Assembly (NCBI RefSeq): GCF_964204645.1
Contig: NC_134029.1
Coordinates: 4,650,001 to 4,714,000, forward strand
Source: Tubulanus polymorphus
Taxonomy: Eukaryota; Animalia; Nemertea
Direction: 5' to 3'
DNA length: 64,000 bases
Part shown: one piece after another, positions 39,725-52,800 of the stretch
Layout: every line of letters begins with the position of its first letter
Numbering within the stretch: the first letter of the stretch is position 1
Program-made: the position numbers and the translations under genes
The notes under the pieces: generated by a model
What the model saw: only the letters and a program-made list of their open reading frames with translations
Database searches by the model: none
What the model was told of the DNA's origin: nothing

Positions 39725-39764
39725 TTTTAACCATGGACACTCGCTTTAGAGTCCATGTTTTAAC
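39725..39764. mobile_element. 26-bp palindromic insert flanked by 7-bp duplication TTTTAAC; probable transposon footprint
   Basis: TTTTAAC|CATGGACACTCGCTTTAGAGTCCATG|TTTTAAC. Confidence 0.65.
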
Positions 39765-39923
39765 CCAGTTGCGCCAAGCCTAGTTTACAAGAGTAATCGT
39801 AAATCTTTAGACTCGTCTCAGTTGTTAGATCCTCAAGTCTAAAGACTGGTCTTAAATCTAAGCCATGAATGTGAAACCGGGCTAACGTCTTTTAAATCTA
39901 ATACATGGTTGTACAGCTGGGGC
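39764..39923. mobile_element. Decayed MITE with internal inverted repeat
   Basis: Ends CCCAGTTGCGC... and ...GTACAGCTGGGG are imperfectly inverted, with a perfect internal 10-bp IR TCTTTAGACT/AGTCTAAAGA. Related ends appear near 12890 (GCAACTGACCC) and 45068 (GGGCCCTGTTG). Confidence 0.45.
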
Positions 39924-40710
39924 TTGCTTTGGGTTAGCATTCGAGATTAAACCGATGATTTGGTGGCGTACCGAATTAGAAAAGTCAAGACTCCAAGGAA
40001 AAGCCGAATCGTGATGAAATGTTTTTCGCCGCGGGCATTAGTTAGATCAGTGAATTATACCGGTCCTGACCTTGACTGGCAGTGTTTCCCCTTCGAAGAA
40101 AATCATTGTGGTTTAATTAATGTAACCGGCTGATTTTTCTCTTAAGGTCAGCGGTGATACTCTTCGATGCGAATAATGTCGTCAATGTTTTCATTTCCAA
40201 ATTTGTTCTCATCGTTTTGACAAAATCATTTCACCATACCATACCCCCCCCCCCCGCGTGAGGATTCGCCTGGTCATGTTACCCGATCACGACCTCGTCT
40301 CTCGATCGCTCATTGATGGCGGTCGCTCGAGTATTTTTTCTCCGCTGTAGATTAAGCACTAATGACATATCGTCGCTCTCATGTACAACAATAATCCCTC
40401 TACTTACAGTAGCGAGCGACATATCTATATTCTAGGTACAGTATCGATATCTGGATGGCTATTATACATACACGTTGTTGTACAGAATACTGACGACAAT
40501 AGGTTCCAATTCTGCGGTATATGTAGGTTATTTAAAGATACATTCATTTCTCTTTAGTAATTCGAGCACGTTAAAACGACATTCTGATGTTTATTATCGC
40601 ATGGCTTACTGACTGCTCTCATATTAACCCTACAATCTCTAGAAACGTTACCGATAAAAAAGGTTCCTGCCTCGGTACCAGCTACAAATGACATTTTGAA
40701 ATTTGTTGCG

Positions 40711-40775
40711 GTGAGGATGCCGTGGTAATCGAGGATCCTGCTTGTGGCAAGTGAGGATTCACCAGGTTCGCTAGT
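40711..40775 (+). mobile_element. Dispersed repeat family A, copy 3
   Basis: GAGGATGCCGTGGTAATCGAGGATCCTGCTTGTGGCAAGTGAGGATTCACCAGGTTCGCTAGT; three GAGGAT units then CTAG-T. Confidence 0.6.
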
Positions 40776-41213
40776 GTACATTAACGATGCCCTAATCTTT
40801 TGCCTTTTTTCAAATTCAATTAAACCAATGGGAATCTAAGACTCTAGATAAAAATTCATTGAACTAGAATTTGATTGAGTGTTCCTGATAATTCGCACGC
40901 TGGATAGCTGGATGCTGGGCTCCTCTTTGTTCTGCCGTTACTTTGGCACCGTAGTTGTACTCATTTGTAGTGAATTCAATCTCACTCGCGAGTACCGAGT
41001 TGTAGTATATACTTGCTATCATCCCGCGTGCACAAGAGAGGCAATATTCAGTTTCCAAAAAACAATATTCATCGAGTATTAATTTTATCGGTTTTAAATT
41101 CTGATTAATCTTAATGGATGGACGCAAATTGTGGTTAATGATTCATTTAAAACTCATTAAACGGAATATGACACGAATGAATTAATGGATTTGAGCTCAG
41201 GCGCACATCTCCC

Positions 41214-41248
41214 AGAGAGAGAGAGAGAGAGAGAGAGTGAGAGAGAGA
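41214..41248. repeat. (AG)n microsatellite with one interruption
   Basis: Read directly. Confidence 0.92.
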
Positions 41249-42874
41249 AAGCGGCATGACACCAATCGCAGTCAGACAAATATCATTTGAGCGAATCGTT
41301 ATTTTCTGAAAATGTGAACGTCTACGATTTGAATCCACAGATATCGTCTTGAAGCATATTTCGTAAGATACAAGATGAGAAAACTGCACATTGCACGCGA
41401 ACTTACTGATGTCGATGTCTCGATTAATATCGCGAAAGGACTTCAAACCCAGGACGACCATTGAATATTTACACTGCTAGAAATCTACGTTGCGTCGATG
41501 CGATTTGATTTGAGAATTTGATTGAAATTTATTGACCGACATGAATATTTAACAACTCGCGCTCTGCTGCAGAAGAACGTTACGCGGAACGGCGGCGAGA
41601 GTAGACAGTTCTGCGGCGTAGATTAATCGGCTCGATGCAACACCGGCGAGAAGATAGTCGGTGAATAATTAACGAAGAATCAACAGGAATCTTCATTCGG
41701 TTCTCATCTCTGTGAAGTAGATTGTGATTGCTGCAGTTTTATGAAAATAAAGCGGAATCGCCGGGTACGTACGGCAGTCTCGTTAAAGCCGGCATCGCTG
41801 CTCTGTCTCATCTGTGGTCATTGATTCTTAGTTTTTGCCGAAAAAATCTACGTTCAGAGGGTTTGACAGATGTTCGTTGGATAAACACAACGACCGATTT
41901 GGTGGCCGCGGGTGGCAGAGAATGGCAGGGAAGGCTCCGATGATTGGAATAAATCAAGACGAGAATATATAACGCTACTTATTAGCGGTAATATGACCCA
42001 AAGAACAAATGTCCTTGTCCAAACCAGGTCACAACTTAATGTCCTAGATATTTTAGGAGGCTGTTATCTGAGAACTTTTTTTGTAGTTCGATGGCTATTA
42101 TAATATTTCAATTCCATCCGAGACTGCCGGTAATTCTGCCATCAGATCTGTATCGGAATCCAATTGAAGGATCTTTTACCGACGCGTTTGAAGAATCTCG
42201 GATTTCTTTCCTCGTAAACACTTCAGACTTTTTGCTCGACGAATCGCGAGTCGCATTAGCCGTGTTATTAATTCAGCCAGTTAAACCACGGCGCGGGAAC
42301 CCGGGCTAAAAATCTCTCTATCGTCAATCGAACACGCGATTAACGAAAATACCGGTGACTTATTAAATTTAGGTGTTTAACCGTGCGACAGTCACCGCGT
42401 GAAAACCATGGCAACAGTTCATTAACTGTCACACGCCTGTTGCGCGAGGCTAGTTAACAGACGGTCACGAGGTTAGATTGAGCTTGTTACGTTATTCTAA
42501 ATGCTACCAATCTTGAAGAAACCAACATCTCTACGACGACTCGTCAGAACTAGAGTCGTGTAGTGTGATGTGATTTTCGACTTCTGGTTCGTCATTGACA
42601 GTGATTTCTACGTCATCGATGGCGCGCAGTGATTTGTGGCTGTTCCGGTATACTCCCGTCGCTAAACACACTCCTGCCGCGGTTTTGGAGAACTTTCCCA
42701 CTCCACAACTCACAATATGCATTTGTGATGGGTATTGATAAAATTGGGCATTGAGGTTTCTATTCAGGGATTGTCCCACTTATTCATTTGATCGATCTAA
42801 GTTGATTTCATGGGATGCTTGTTTGGTGTCTACAAATCCACCGCGCTTGTCCGGGTCGAAACAGCGGTTCACTT

Positions 42875-42910
42875 ACTGGTCTCGTCAATCCGGGGTTCAA
42901 GGGTTCAAAT
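42875..42910 (+). mobile_element. Second fragment of the tRNA-derived SINE head
   Basis: ACTGGTCTCGTCAATCCGGGGTTCAAGGGTTCAAAT shares 17 identical nt plus the B-box region with 2913-2950. Confidence 0.55.
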
Positions 42911-43546
42911 TTCCATTCCTGCCCTCAAAGAATCCAAGTTTAGATTGTCTGATGGCATACTATTGCAGAATAATGGCCACAATTATTTCGTTTTGTATGT
43001 TTCACGAATTGCTGTGGGCATTTGCGTGGTTTTCCACTTTACGGCGTACTGGTATGAAAAGATAACCGTGGTATAGGGTCACGCAGGAAGTCACGACTCG
43101 AGGCTGCTACTGATATAAGAAATTCGCTCGTAATAGAACTGTGTAGCGTTTTTTTATCAGATTGCATTCTTGAAGCGCTGGAACTTAGAGTCAATTTTGC
43201 TTCAACGTCTAAATTAGCCGTGCTTACTTTATACAGTACAGCTTGTGTGCGCCGAATTGGAAATTCAAACTACCCTTCTTCAGGACGAGGGAGAGTGGGT
43301 TAAAAATAATTGAAAAACAAGAAGACGAAGATAGCACCAGGGAAACACCCTCCATATCGGTATACCACATGACAAACTGAGTCGGAAGCGCCGAATCATT
43401 GTGTGATCGCAACTGATTTTGTATTCTGGCAAATTCGGCTCCATTTAAGTACGGTATACTTCCAAAGGCTAAAATCTCGTGAGCGTCGCTTATATAGATG
43501 AGCAACTTGGTCATAGCTAGTTGGGCACTATGATAGCGAGTACTTG

Positions 43547-43596
43547 GTGCAGTCTTGGAGTGGAGTAATCATTGAATTATTACTACAAGATGCAGT
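43547..43596. mobile_element. Older footprint of the same family as 4335-4372
   Basis: GTGCAGT|CTTGGAGTGGAGTAATCATTGAATTATTACTACAAG|ATGCAGT; 6/7 duplication, with TGGAG duplicated internally. Confidence 0.6.
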
Positions 43597-46500
43597 TTAG
43601 GCAATTCTCTATAAGATGCGATGACCGACGGGCTGCGTACGTCTTCGTCATATTGCCTTCCAGTACTCATTATGACTTAACTGGTCAAAATGTCTGACTC
43701 ACGAATACCGCCACTGGTCAACCGTTCAGACTCCCGCGTACGAAACACGCGCAATTACATTCGAACCGTGCTGAGAACAAAGAGAAACCCGTGTTTTAAA
43801 CACCGAAGTCGATGATTATAGCACGAATTTCGCTTTTCAACCGTAAAAATACGAGCTAATCATCGAAATATTCGTCGTCGTCGAGCGTGTTTTTACGGCA
43901 GGACGAATTGTGAAAGGACATCCCTTTGACCGCTCGCCCTGAACTGATGACTAGTCGCCGCCGTTCGTATTTTCCATGTCATGACCATCGGTTTTTATTT
44001 CTCCGGTCTGCTTTTTTCAGCCGCAGAGAAGAATACGTTAATGGGCGTGAAAAGGCCTGATTTTCTGGCCAGTACCTAGAACAAAGGCTGTAGTGATTAT
44101 CGGACACCTCTCCTGGTGACAATGATGTGACCTGAACAGCTGTTCGGGTTGGTAAAGCACTCGCCCGAGTGTCCGTTAATTTACTCAATATACCATCAGT
44201 CAATAAAGACAACGATCTTCCTATTGTAATCCCATTAAACGCAGATGTTGACAAGTCTAATGCTGTTTCTAAATGTACGAATGTTGTTTACGGAACTGGA
44301 AACGGCTCGGCGCGCGCGTTCATTTCAATTTCATCCTGGAGAGCCATTGTCATTTTCCGATCGATATAAATGAATCATCGACTATATCCGCAATTGCATA
44401 CGTATACATTAAATAGAAATCGAAAAAAGAAATATGAAAAAAAACGATCTGTATCAGTGCAATTTAGTAGATCTGTATTAATTTGTGTATGAAAATGAAA
44501 TTGAATATCGTGGAATTGGAGGGAACCATATGCGTATAGCGCGTACAATGAATCAGTAATTGAATCTAAACGCAACGCGCTATCGAGTATATTGATGTTT
44601 TATTATTCAACTACAAGAAAACAGCGACAATTTTTCATGGAATTCGTGACCTGGAAGTTTGCTATCGACGAAATATTCCCGTTTTATTGAGGCGCCGTTT
44701 GTTTGCGTTAGAACGCGTAAATATGGCTAAATGTTAGAATTTAGCCGACGAGTACGTGACGCTATCACCGAATTCACTTGTTTAGGAAATTACCAGATTG
44801 CGCTGTTTGTTGGTCGTGTGTAAACACGGCGTCAATTTCCAAGTGACTGTTGTTTTTCTGCGCGTGTGACTTCGAATGAAAACGGGTCCCGTTGGAAGAC
44901 GCGCCCTGTTGTAGATTGTTATGAATAATGGATGATATTTTGAAATGTTGGCGCAATGTAATCAGCCGATGAATATTATTTGTGATGTTATTTTGTTCGC
45001 AGATGCTAAATATTGAAGTCGTGTGCTTTATTGAAGAGGTTTTGAAGGGTAGCACTTTTCTCATCAGGGGCCCTGTTGAACTCATCTAAGCCTGTTTTGG
45101 TTGTAAATTTAAAACCAGTTTTAGATTTCTAGACTTGTGTCACGTTTGTGCAACACCGAGTCCAGTGTTCGCATTATGATATCGAACCAGGTCCGAACCA
45201 TGATTATCCCCAGAAACCGGTTCCACAGTAATTATGATTTTAAGACACTAAATCCAGCTGGAACCTGAAAACTCCATCGTCGCCACCATATTTGGTGAAT
45301 TCATCGGCGATCTCCGAACGTTTTACTATTATCGTCAGTATTGCAGTGAAACGGAATAAAAACGAATAAGAAATGGCCTTTAAATGTAAGATCTGATTCA
45401 AGTATTTAGAAGATAGCAATGCAAAACCATCGGAGATGAATCGAGATGTGCCTTACTCACATCACAGTACAATCAACCGTGATGAGATTTGAAGAAGAAA
45501 AATTGAATTCTTGCCGATCAACATTCAAAAAGCGTGCAATTCAGTGACGCGCCACTTAACAATGACGTCATAAATCGCTTTTAATGTCACGGCAGGGAAA
45601 CCGTTGAATCCGTCAGGCCACTGGAAATAAAATAATATCAACGTTCGAATCGCAGCTTTCGAATCCGATATTGAAATTTATGCGTATTGAATCAGCCAGA
45701 ATCAATGATCGAAAATTGTAATCATGCCGTAGAAGAAATATGCCAGCGGTGTTTTACAAGAAGATATCTACGAATTACGTTTGTTTATCCTTAATGATGT
45801 GATGGATTAGCGACATTAGGGTGTCCCAGCTTTTCGATATTAAGAAGGCCTGCTTCACATATTTCTGCTCGGTTAGATGCGTGGACTTTATTTATGTTTT
45901 TCATTCGTATCCGAAGCATGCGATTGTGCGCAGTCGACCGTGTAAAACAGTCAGTCTATTGTTAAAATCTCCGTGTCGAGGATCAGTTTCAGACGCCGTA
46001 GCTGTGACTAATTGCAAGTCTTTCACAGCCGTCAGGCCGTTCTGTCATCCTCAGCGATGACGTCACCATAGAACGCTGATATTTCCGGAGTTGAACAGGG
46101 TCCAAATCCCGCATTGTAGCTACGATGTTTTCTTCCGTAAGAATACTTCCGAATTCTTAAATCACATGTATGGCTTCAATTGTGAATTAAGTTTATGTCT
46201 ATTATAACAGTCACTTACAGCAGTATATTTAGATAAACTTATAAATCAGGTCCACGGTGGTTGTAATGTTAAAGTCAATGCTCATATTTGCCTTACCAAA
46301 GTGATTTCAAACGGTCCCATATTTACCCAATAGCTATCATTCGACACCCAATACTGATGACTTTCTGATTATGTTCGTCTATGTCTCTCTGCAGGGTGTA
46401 TACTGCTAGGTTGTTAGTATGGCCATCGCGTCATCATCTTTCCATTAAAATCATGCAATTGCACGGCATAATGGCCGTATTTCTGCGTGACTTCACTGGC

Positions 46501-47322
46501 TGCGAATACGTGATGCATAATCGGGCGAAGTTACATTCCGCATGGCCCGCCATAAACGCTATAAATCACATATACATCACTCGATCTGGCGCTCACTCGC
46601 TGCTACTGGAAAACTAATGATGTGAAAAATTCCCGAAAACTAGCTGACGCAATAGGGCCTTCTCACGATACGTGTGTATAGCCGTCGCAATTGAAGACGC
46701 TGTATAGTGTTCCGTTGTTTTGAGGCGATGATAAGGAGGGATTTATGCAGAGAAAGGGGTCTATGTGCGACTCCTGGAGTCCCGGAGAGAAGAAGTGGCC
46801 GTGTCGACCATGTCAATATTTCACTGGTATCGTTCATGGGTTCGACCCTGGCGGAGACGGTTCTGAAACATGGAATTCAATATAATGCCCTTCGGTTGGT
46901 GCGCACGGGGATGTTCATCCACAGTCCAATGCAATTAAGTATCTGATACTAACGAGAATGTAAAATCGAATGGTCCTCTTTCGTTCAACCGTCGAGTTTA
47001 AATTCGTTGATGATGACAGACGGTTTTAGTCGAGTGAAATAAAATTCGTAATAACCGTGGCTGCGCCTCGAACATTTTGTCCGCTAAATGGGCAAATCAT
47101 GTACCGAGCCAGCGTCGAGGCGAGTTGGTGATAAAACCGCTATTCAACGGCAGCTTGGCGAAAAATGTGAAAATTAATTGCTTAGTTTATGGAAATAAAT
47201 ACTGTCTAATGGCTTTACTCGGTACGAGGCGAGTTCAATAAAAAGGGCATCGTTAATGGCGTATATAGGGAATAATCATTTAGTCTTTGTGCGCCGGTGT
47301 GTCGCAGGCTCACAGTAGGGAA

Positions 47323-47582
47323 GTCTCCGGGCTACTGAACGCTCGGAAATTGTACTTGCTCTTGTTGCTGTTGCCTTGGATATCGGCAAGGTTGAAAAGC
47401 CATATTATGCTTCATGTCTCCGGGCTATTATGTTCCTCAGTAGGTCTGCTCCAGTCCGCATTATCATTGGCTCCAACTCAAATCACTGATGCTTCATGAG
47501 TTCAAGCATACCCGATGGTAGTACTATATTGGGTCTGCTCCAAATTCACGCATCGGCTTCTATATTTGGTCTGCTCCAACTC
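47323..47582. repeat. Degenerate minisatellite-like block
   Basis: GGTCTGCTCCA x3 (47443, 47532, 47568), GTCTCCGGGCTA x2 (47323, 47416), ATGCTTCATG x2. Confidence 0.55.
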
Positions 47583-48453
47583 ACAGCCTAGTAGTCTAGT
47601 CCACATCTTGCTAACTCATGTTAGGAGATTTTTACTTGGCGGTTATTTCTGGACGCCACGCCGGTTTATTTTCTTTCTCCGACTTTCTGGTGAGCTGTCT
47701 GCGTTTCTTTTTTCCTATCGTATAAAAACCAATCCACCTCGCGCACAGTCTGCTTGTTTTTGTGAAAACAGAGTTGTAGCGAATCTGAGGATAAGGATCG
47801 GTCGAGTAAAGCAGATCGCGACGGTATGGCATACCATCAATATTAACTTATCAGTCGGATAGTTATGCTTACCATTGCTATCATTGATAAGAAACATCAT
47901 TCATAGGATTATATCTATAAATTATACTTGTTTACCTGACGGGAAAGAAGAGATGTAGGAGAGAGAGAGGGAGAGAGAATGCCTACAGCCGTGTCTAAAA
48001 AATTATCCCTTTTTTAATCTTTAAAATAATAACACCAACGAATTGGACGTCATAACGGACGTGTTGAAAAATGAATTCAGAAAAGAGTTCGTTTTACCGT
48101 TATTTCAACTCAAATATTTTACTTACACAAATGATTCATGTATCGCAAAAAATACGAAATCATTTTTCGCTCTGCGTACTATACTTTATATTGACTAATG
48201 TTTTGACATGTGCCTGGCATCTCTCGCTAATAATGAATTATACCTCAGTAATTTTGATTCACCTCGCTAATGTGTGTGTTGGCCATACACATTTAGAAAA
48301 TTGCTGCCATTTTTTCCGCGTTGAACGTGGCGTATTATGGAAAATAATCATGATGATGGAATGACTGTGGTGTGTATGAACAGGTTGACGCCGTGTCGTA
48401 TTCTATGCTGTGGTATGCACCTCCCCTGAAATGGTAGATTGAAGCAATGGGGA

Positions 48454-48494
48454 AGGATTCCACTTGTGGCATGCGAGGATCCACCAGGTGCGCT
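48454..48494 (+). mobile_element. Dispersed repeat family A, copy 4
   Basis: AGGATTCCACTTGTGGCATGCGAGGATCCACCAGGTGCGCT. Confidence 0.6.
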
Positions 48495-49525
48495 GATAAG
48501 CTTGTAGTCTTTCGCGTTCGATTCGTTCTTATCTTAATCAGAATCGAGTGAACTTATAAGAAGAGAAGTCAATTTAATATCTTTTTTGAAAATATTTGGA
48601 TTCGGGAGTCTAGAAATCCGTTTCCAAATGATAGAAAGTTATTCTCCTTTGAAGAACGTAAACAAACCAATAGCAACACCGTTGGAAGGTGGTAGCTATA
48701 GTGCTGCCATCGCTTGCAAAGAAAAAATGATGTCAACAATCAGAGACGCAAAACCATATTCATTAGAGCCGTTTGATTTCCGTGTTTCATGTCGTGGCGT
48801 TAGATTTTTTACGCCCGTGTGAATATCAGTTTTCACATGCGTGTAATTCGCGCGGCCACGAAAACCATTAAAATCACGTGTTCACCGCTTCATCGTCTGC
48901 GACGCGACGCGGTCACAAACCGTGAAATTCCGCGTTCGTCGTTTAATCGTCGATACAAAACATTTGAAATCATACCCGTCATTTTTCTCATTAGGGATTC
49001 GCCGATCGCCGATCGGTTTTTTATTCCTACCGATCTCCCAATCGATCATTCGAACTCGCTGCAGTGCCGCCATTTGCGTCCGACTAACGGGCGTGAATTG
49101 CGTATTAGTCGATGCCGCCATTAAGGTGTCACACAAGGTTCGGTTGTTAGTCCGTTAGTTGTAAAAAAACCAACAAACACTTTGCAAAAAATATACGTGC
49201 GTAGAATTCGTCATACGCAAAACGATGCATCAGTATTTACTATAAAATGCTGCTACGTAATTTCATTTAAACATGTAAAGGTTAAACATGTAAAGTACCG
49301 CATGCCGACTTGTTATATACTTATATATAAGCCTTTTTTACTGCTAAAAGAAAAAAGCTCATTTATGTATGCTTATGTTATGAATGTATTGGTGTAAGCA
49401 CAGTTTGGTATACACTTTTGAAGCATCTACACCAGCCTGGTGTTCCCGTTTACCTGTTACTGCTGATATGACCGGCAATCTTAATTTTTACGGAATTAAT
49501 GAGGTTTTTTTATGCGTATTTTCAG

Positions 49526-49666
49526 AAAGCGACCTGATCTCTCCTTCGTTCATTTATTGCACGCGGATGTCGAGTAGTTGGTCTACTACGTACTGATTGA
49601 TACGTGCTGAATGACTACCTGCGAATAATACACACCTATCAATGACGCAATGAAGTTCTTTATAAG
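49526..49666 (+). other. Candidate 141-nt exon possibly containing a start codon (ATG 49650, MKFFI..., phase-2 donor)
   Basis: Acceptor TTTTTTTATGCGTATTTTCAG|, donor AAG|GTAAGA, and an in-frame upstream stop TAA at 49626-49628. Product unknown. Confidence 0.45.
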
Positions 49667-49778
49667 GTAAGATACTTATCACCTCCCCTGCCGCAGTGTG
49701 TGTTGCTAGTATCGCTTGGTAATTGCAATAACGTCAGATCCGCCGGTGCTACCGCATACATTATAAGCAGCGATCATG

Positions 49779-49819
49779 GGAGACGATTTGGCCCGGGTAA
49801 AACTGGCCCGAATCAGACC
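49779..49819 (+). mobile_element. Fragment of MITE family B
   Basis: GGAGACGATTTGGCCCGGGTAAAACTGGCCCGA matches 58966-58997 and the reverse complement of 5651-5676. Confidence 0.55.
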
Positions 49820-52800
49820 ATGGAATCAAATTTGGTACGTGAGAACACATTCACGGGTATGCTCACTCAATCGATACTAAACAACGCTGTTAACGAGTTG
49901 TAAACGAGTTGAGTAACTTCCCGAAAAAAATCTGTTACAACTTTTTTAGTAAGACCCATTTGGCTGTGAACGCTTGGCTCGGGTAAAAGACGCTCCTGTT
50001 ATCGCGGCTATAGGCAAATCGTGTTCTAGCGTACCAGGCGTATATACACATAGTTTAAACTTGTTTTTTTCGTGTCTATAAAATCAGATATCAAATAAAC
50101 TAAGCCGAAAGGTTAACGAAGTAATAATAGCTGTAATTATTGATTAACGCCCGCGGTCTTATACGAACAAAAAAAGGAGTTAATGCATTCGTTCGTTCGC
50201 CGCCTATCGATCGCAAAAAAGAGAAAGAGATCCACGGATCGCAGAAATTCAGGCACCTTCTCTTGCCACACGAAAACTGCCTTTGTTGAGATGCCAATCA
50301 TTTGATATCAGATATCTTAACTTTCAGTTCATCGCATTACCTAAAGGGCATCACGCAAGTTATATGTATATTTATTTATATATTTGTATGTTTGTTATTG
50401 GAGACATTGCAACCCCTTGAAGGACACCTCATTGAATTATCTTGCCCTTTCGGTATGATCGATAATACTATAGTAAGAGGCTATAAGTCTATATAATTCT
50501 TGTATCTTGTACATATATTACTACTTAATGTACGATATAATTAAGTAAGACAGTTACGGCGAGTGTTCGGCCCTTGTTCAGAGAGACAGTCCTTGTGTCT
50601 GTCAAATAGATCAATTATTGATGGCGGAAATTAGTTTCAATGTATAATGCGCTCCTCCCTGTCTATCGCATTATATCGTACAATGGATAACAGACTAGCT
50701 AAAACCAGAGGAGAAGCTCGTATATGGAGATGAGACAAACAAGTCCGTTACTGTTACTGGTGTTTTGTGTAGAGAGGTTTGTCGCGAGGGGGTATATCAG
50801 TAATGGATGGTTTGCTCTACACGCCTCGAAAGCCGTCACGAACTTCACCCAACCGTTCACGATTCATGGGTGATTTTCATACCTGGCTTCGTACGCTATA
50901 AGCAGATTAATCTTTTTAAATTTCTGTTTTACACTTAAATAAAATCACGTTAACCAACTACTGAATAATTACTGATGATACGGTTTATTTCAAGTGGAAA
51001 CAAAAATTGTTTTCACAGTGTAACTGCGCTGTTCAGTAGATCCGTTGACGTCGCTATGGACGTATAAACTAGATTATACTACACTTTTAGTACCGTATAT
51101 ACGTCCAGGTCGTCACCAATCGCGCTTATTGACTCAGATACGAACAGGACAATGATGTTATGAACTAGAATCAATGCATATCGAATCCCGTTATGCCATC
51201 TTTCTATATTCTTCAATGAAACATATTTCAAGCATTCTGTCTACTTCAATCCATTTGATAGACATTATTCTTGAATTTTAAATTTGTTTTTCGAATGTGC
51301 CGATTACGTTTAAACATTCTAATACACTTTTATTTGAAAGATGCGTGTATTTGAGATGGATATATGTTTACATAAAGTGGAGCGTGTATTATGAATGAGA
51401 TCGGTGAGCGCGAACTCGGGGTTGAATATTGTGAATATTCCCGTTGTAGCGCAATTATACTGTCAAGATTTGAGATGTTGTGCTCACAGCTCGAGGGGAA
51501 TTCGAGTGAATAATCAGGGAGAAAGTTACCCCGGCAAGTGAACTTCAGCAACGTACCACCAGTGTAATTTCCGTTACCGAAGAGTAGTCTAATTTACTCA
51601 TTTCGTAAGAATCATTATTCCGTAGAACAAATCAATTAAATTCATTATCGCTGACGTGACCGAGAGAGAGAGAGAAGACTGCAGCATCGCCCGTCACCCG
51701 GGTGACTAAGACGGAGACGTGTCGCATGTCGCCCTCATAACGAACCGCGCGACGACTTTCGTTTATGATTGACGGCGACAATGTCACCTCCGCTATCCGA
51801 GGATATTAGTCTAAATTGAATTTGACAAATTGTTCGATGGCCACCGCAAGATGTTGGCTTATACTACGCGTATACGGTTATGTCACGAGAATGAAAATCG
51901 CTATAGCTTCGCGTGGTGCGTGTGTGTGACTCGGGCCTAGACTTCTATTAGACTGGGATTAATTCTGGTAGATTTCAATTACAAATGATTCATACACAGT
52001 GGAATTGTTTTACTATACGCGACGAATGAAAGAAAAATGTCCTGAGTCATCGTCGTCGTTGCTCCTCGGTGACAACAGTTGGCTGAACCCAGAGATGTGT
52101 GACGCTATGTTTTTTCCCCGGTCCCCAGATCCTTCTTGATTGATAACTTCGTTTATAGTTGAAATAATCGTCCTAGCGCGCGTGATAATTAGCGGCGAAT
52201 CCGTCATCGAAATCAGTTTAAAATGACAGTCATGCGTAGAATTTTTCCATCGTGTCTTAGCGTTCTCGTACATCATTCCTTCTCAGGGGATTAGCGTTGA
52301 AATAATAGCTAGGAGGGCCTCTGGAAGCAGGAGCCAAAGAGATCAAGTTGTAAGATGGCGCGGGCCCTTCCCATCAAGTAATTTTAACTTTAACCCGGGA
52401 CGCTAAGTTTCTCGCGCCCATAGAAGTGCACCTAAAGGAACTAGAAAAAACCTTGTTCGAAAGCTCATCCGACACCGACGTGTGTTCCGGAGTTGCGGTG
52501 ACTTTGTTGCGGTTTTCGAAGTTTGTTTCTAGTTTCCCCCTTTGTTTTGGTTAACCACGGAATTCCAACGCTATCGCTTACATTTAGAATTGAATTAATC
52601 AAGGAGTCACTTACAACCTTGGATAAATTTAGCGCAACACCGTTCACCGGCAGTCGTCGTCGCGTAGATGTCGTTATTTTCGAAGCGTGAATTATAATCG
52701 AATTACGTGGCGTATAATATGTCCCTATTCGGCGAACGTAGCCTCAATTCATTAGCCATTCATCGGGTATTTTCCTAGGCACTCGTCGCGCCGAACAGCG

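Noticed and set aside
51846-51858. 13-nt match to miR-31 (GCAAGATGTTGGC)
   Set aside because: Seed mismatch and no hairpin.
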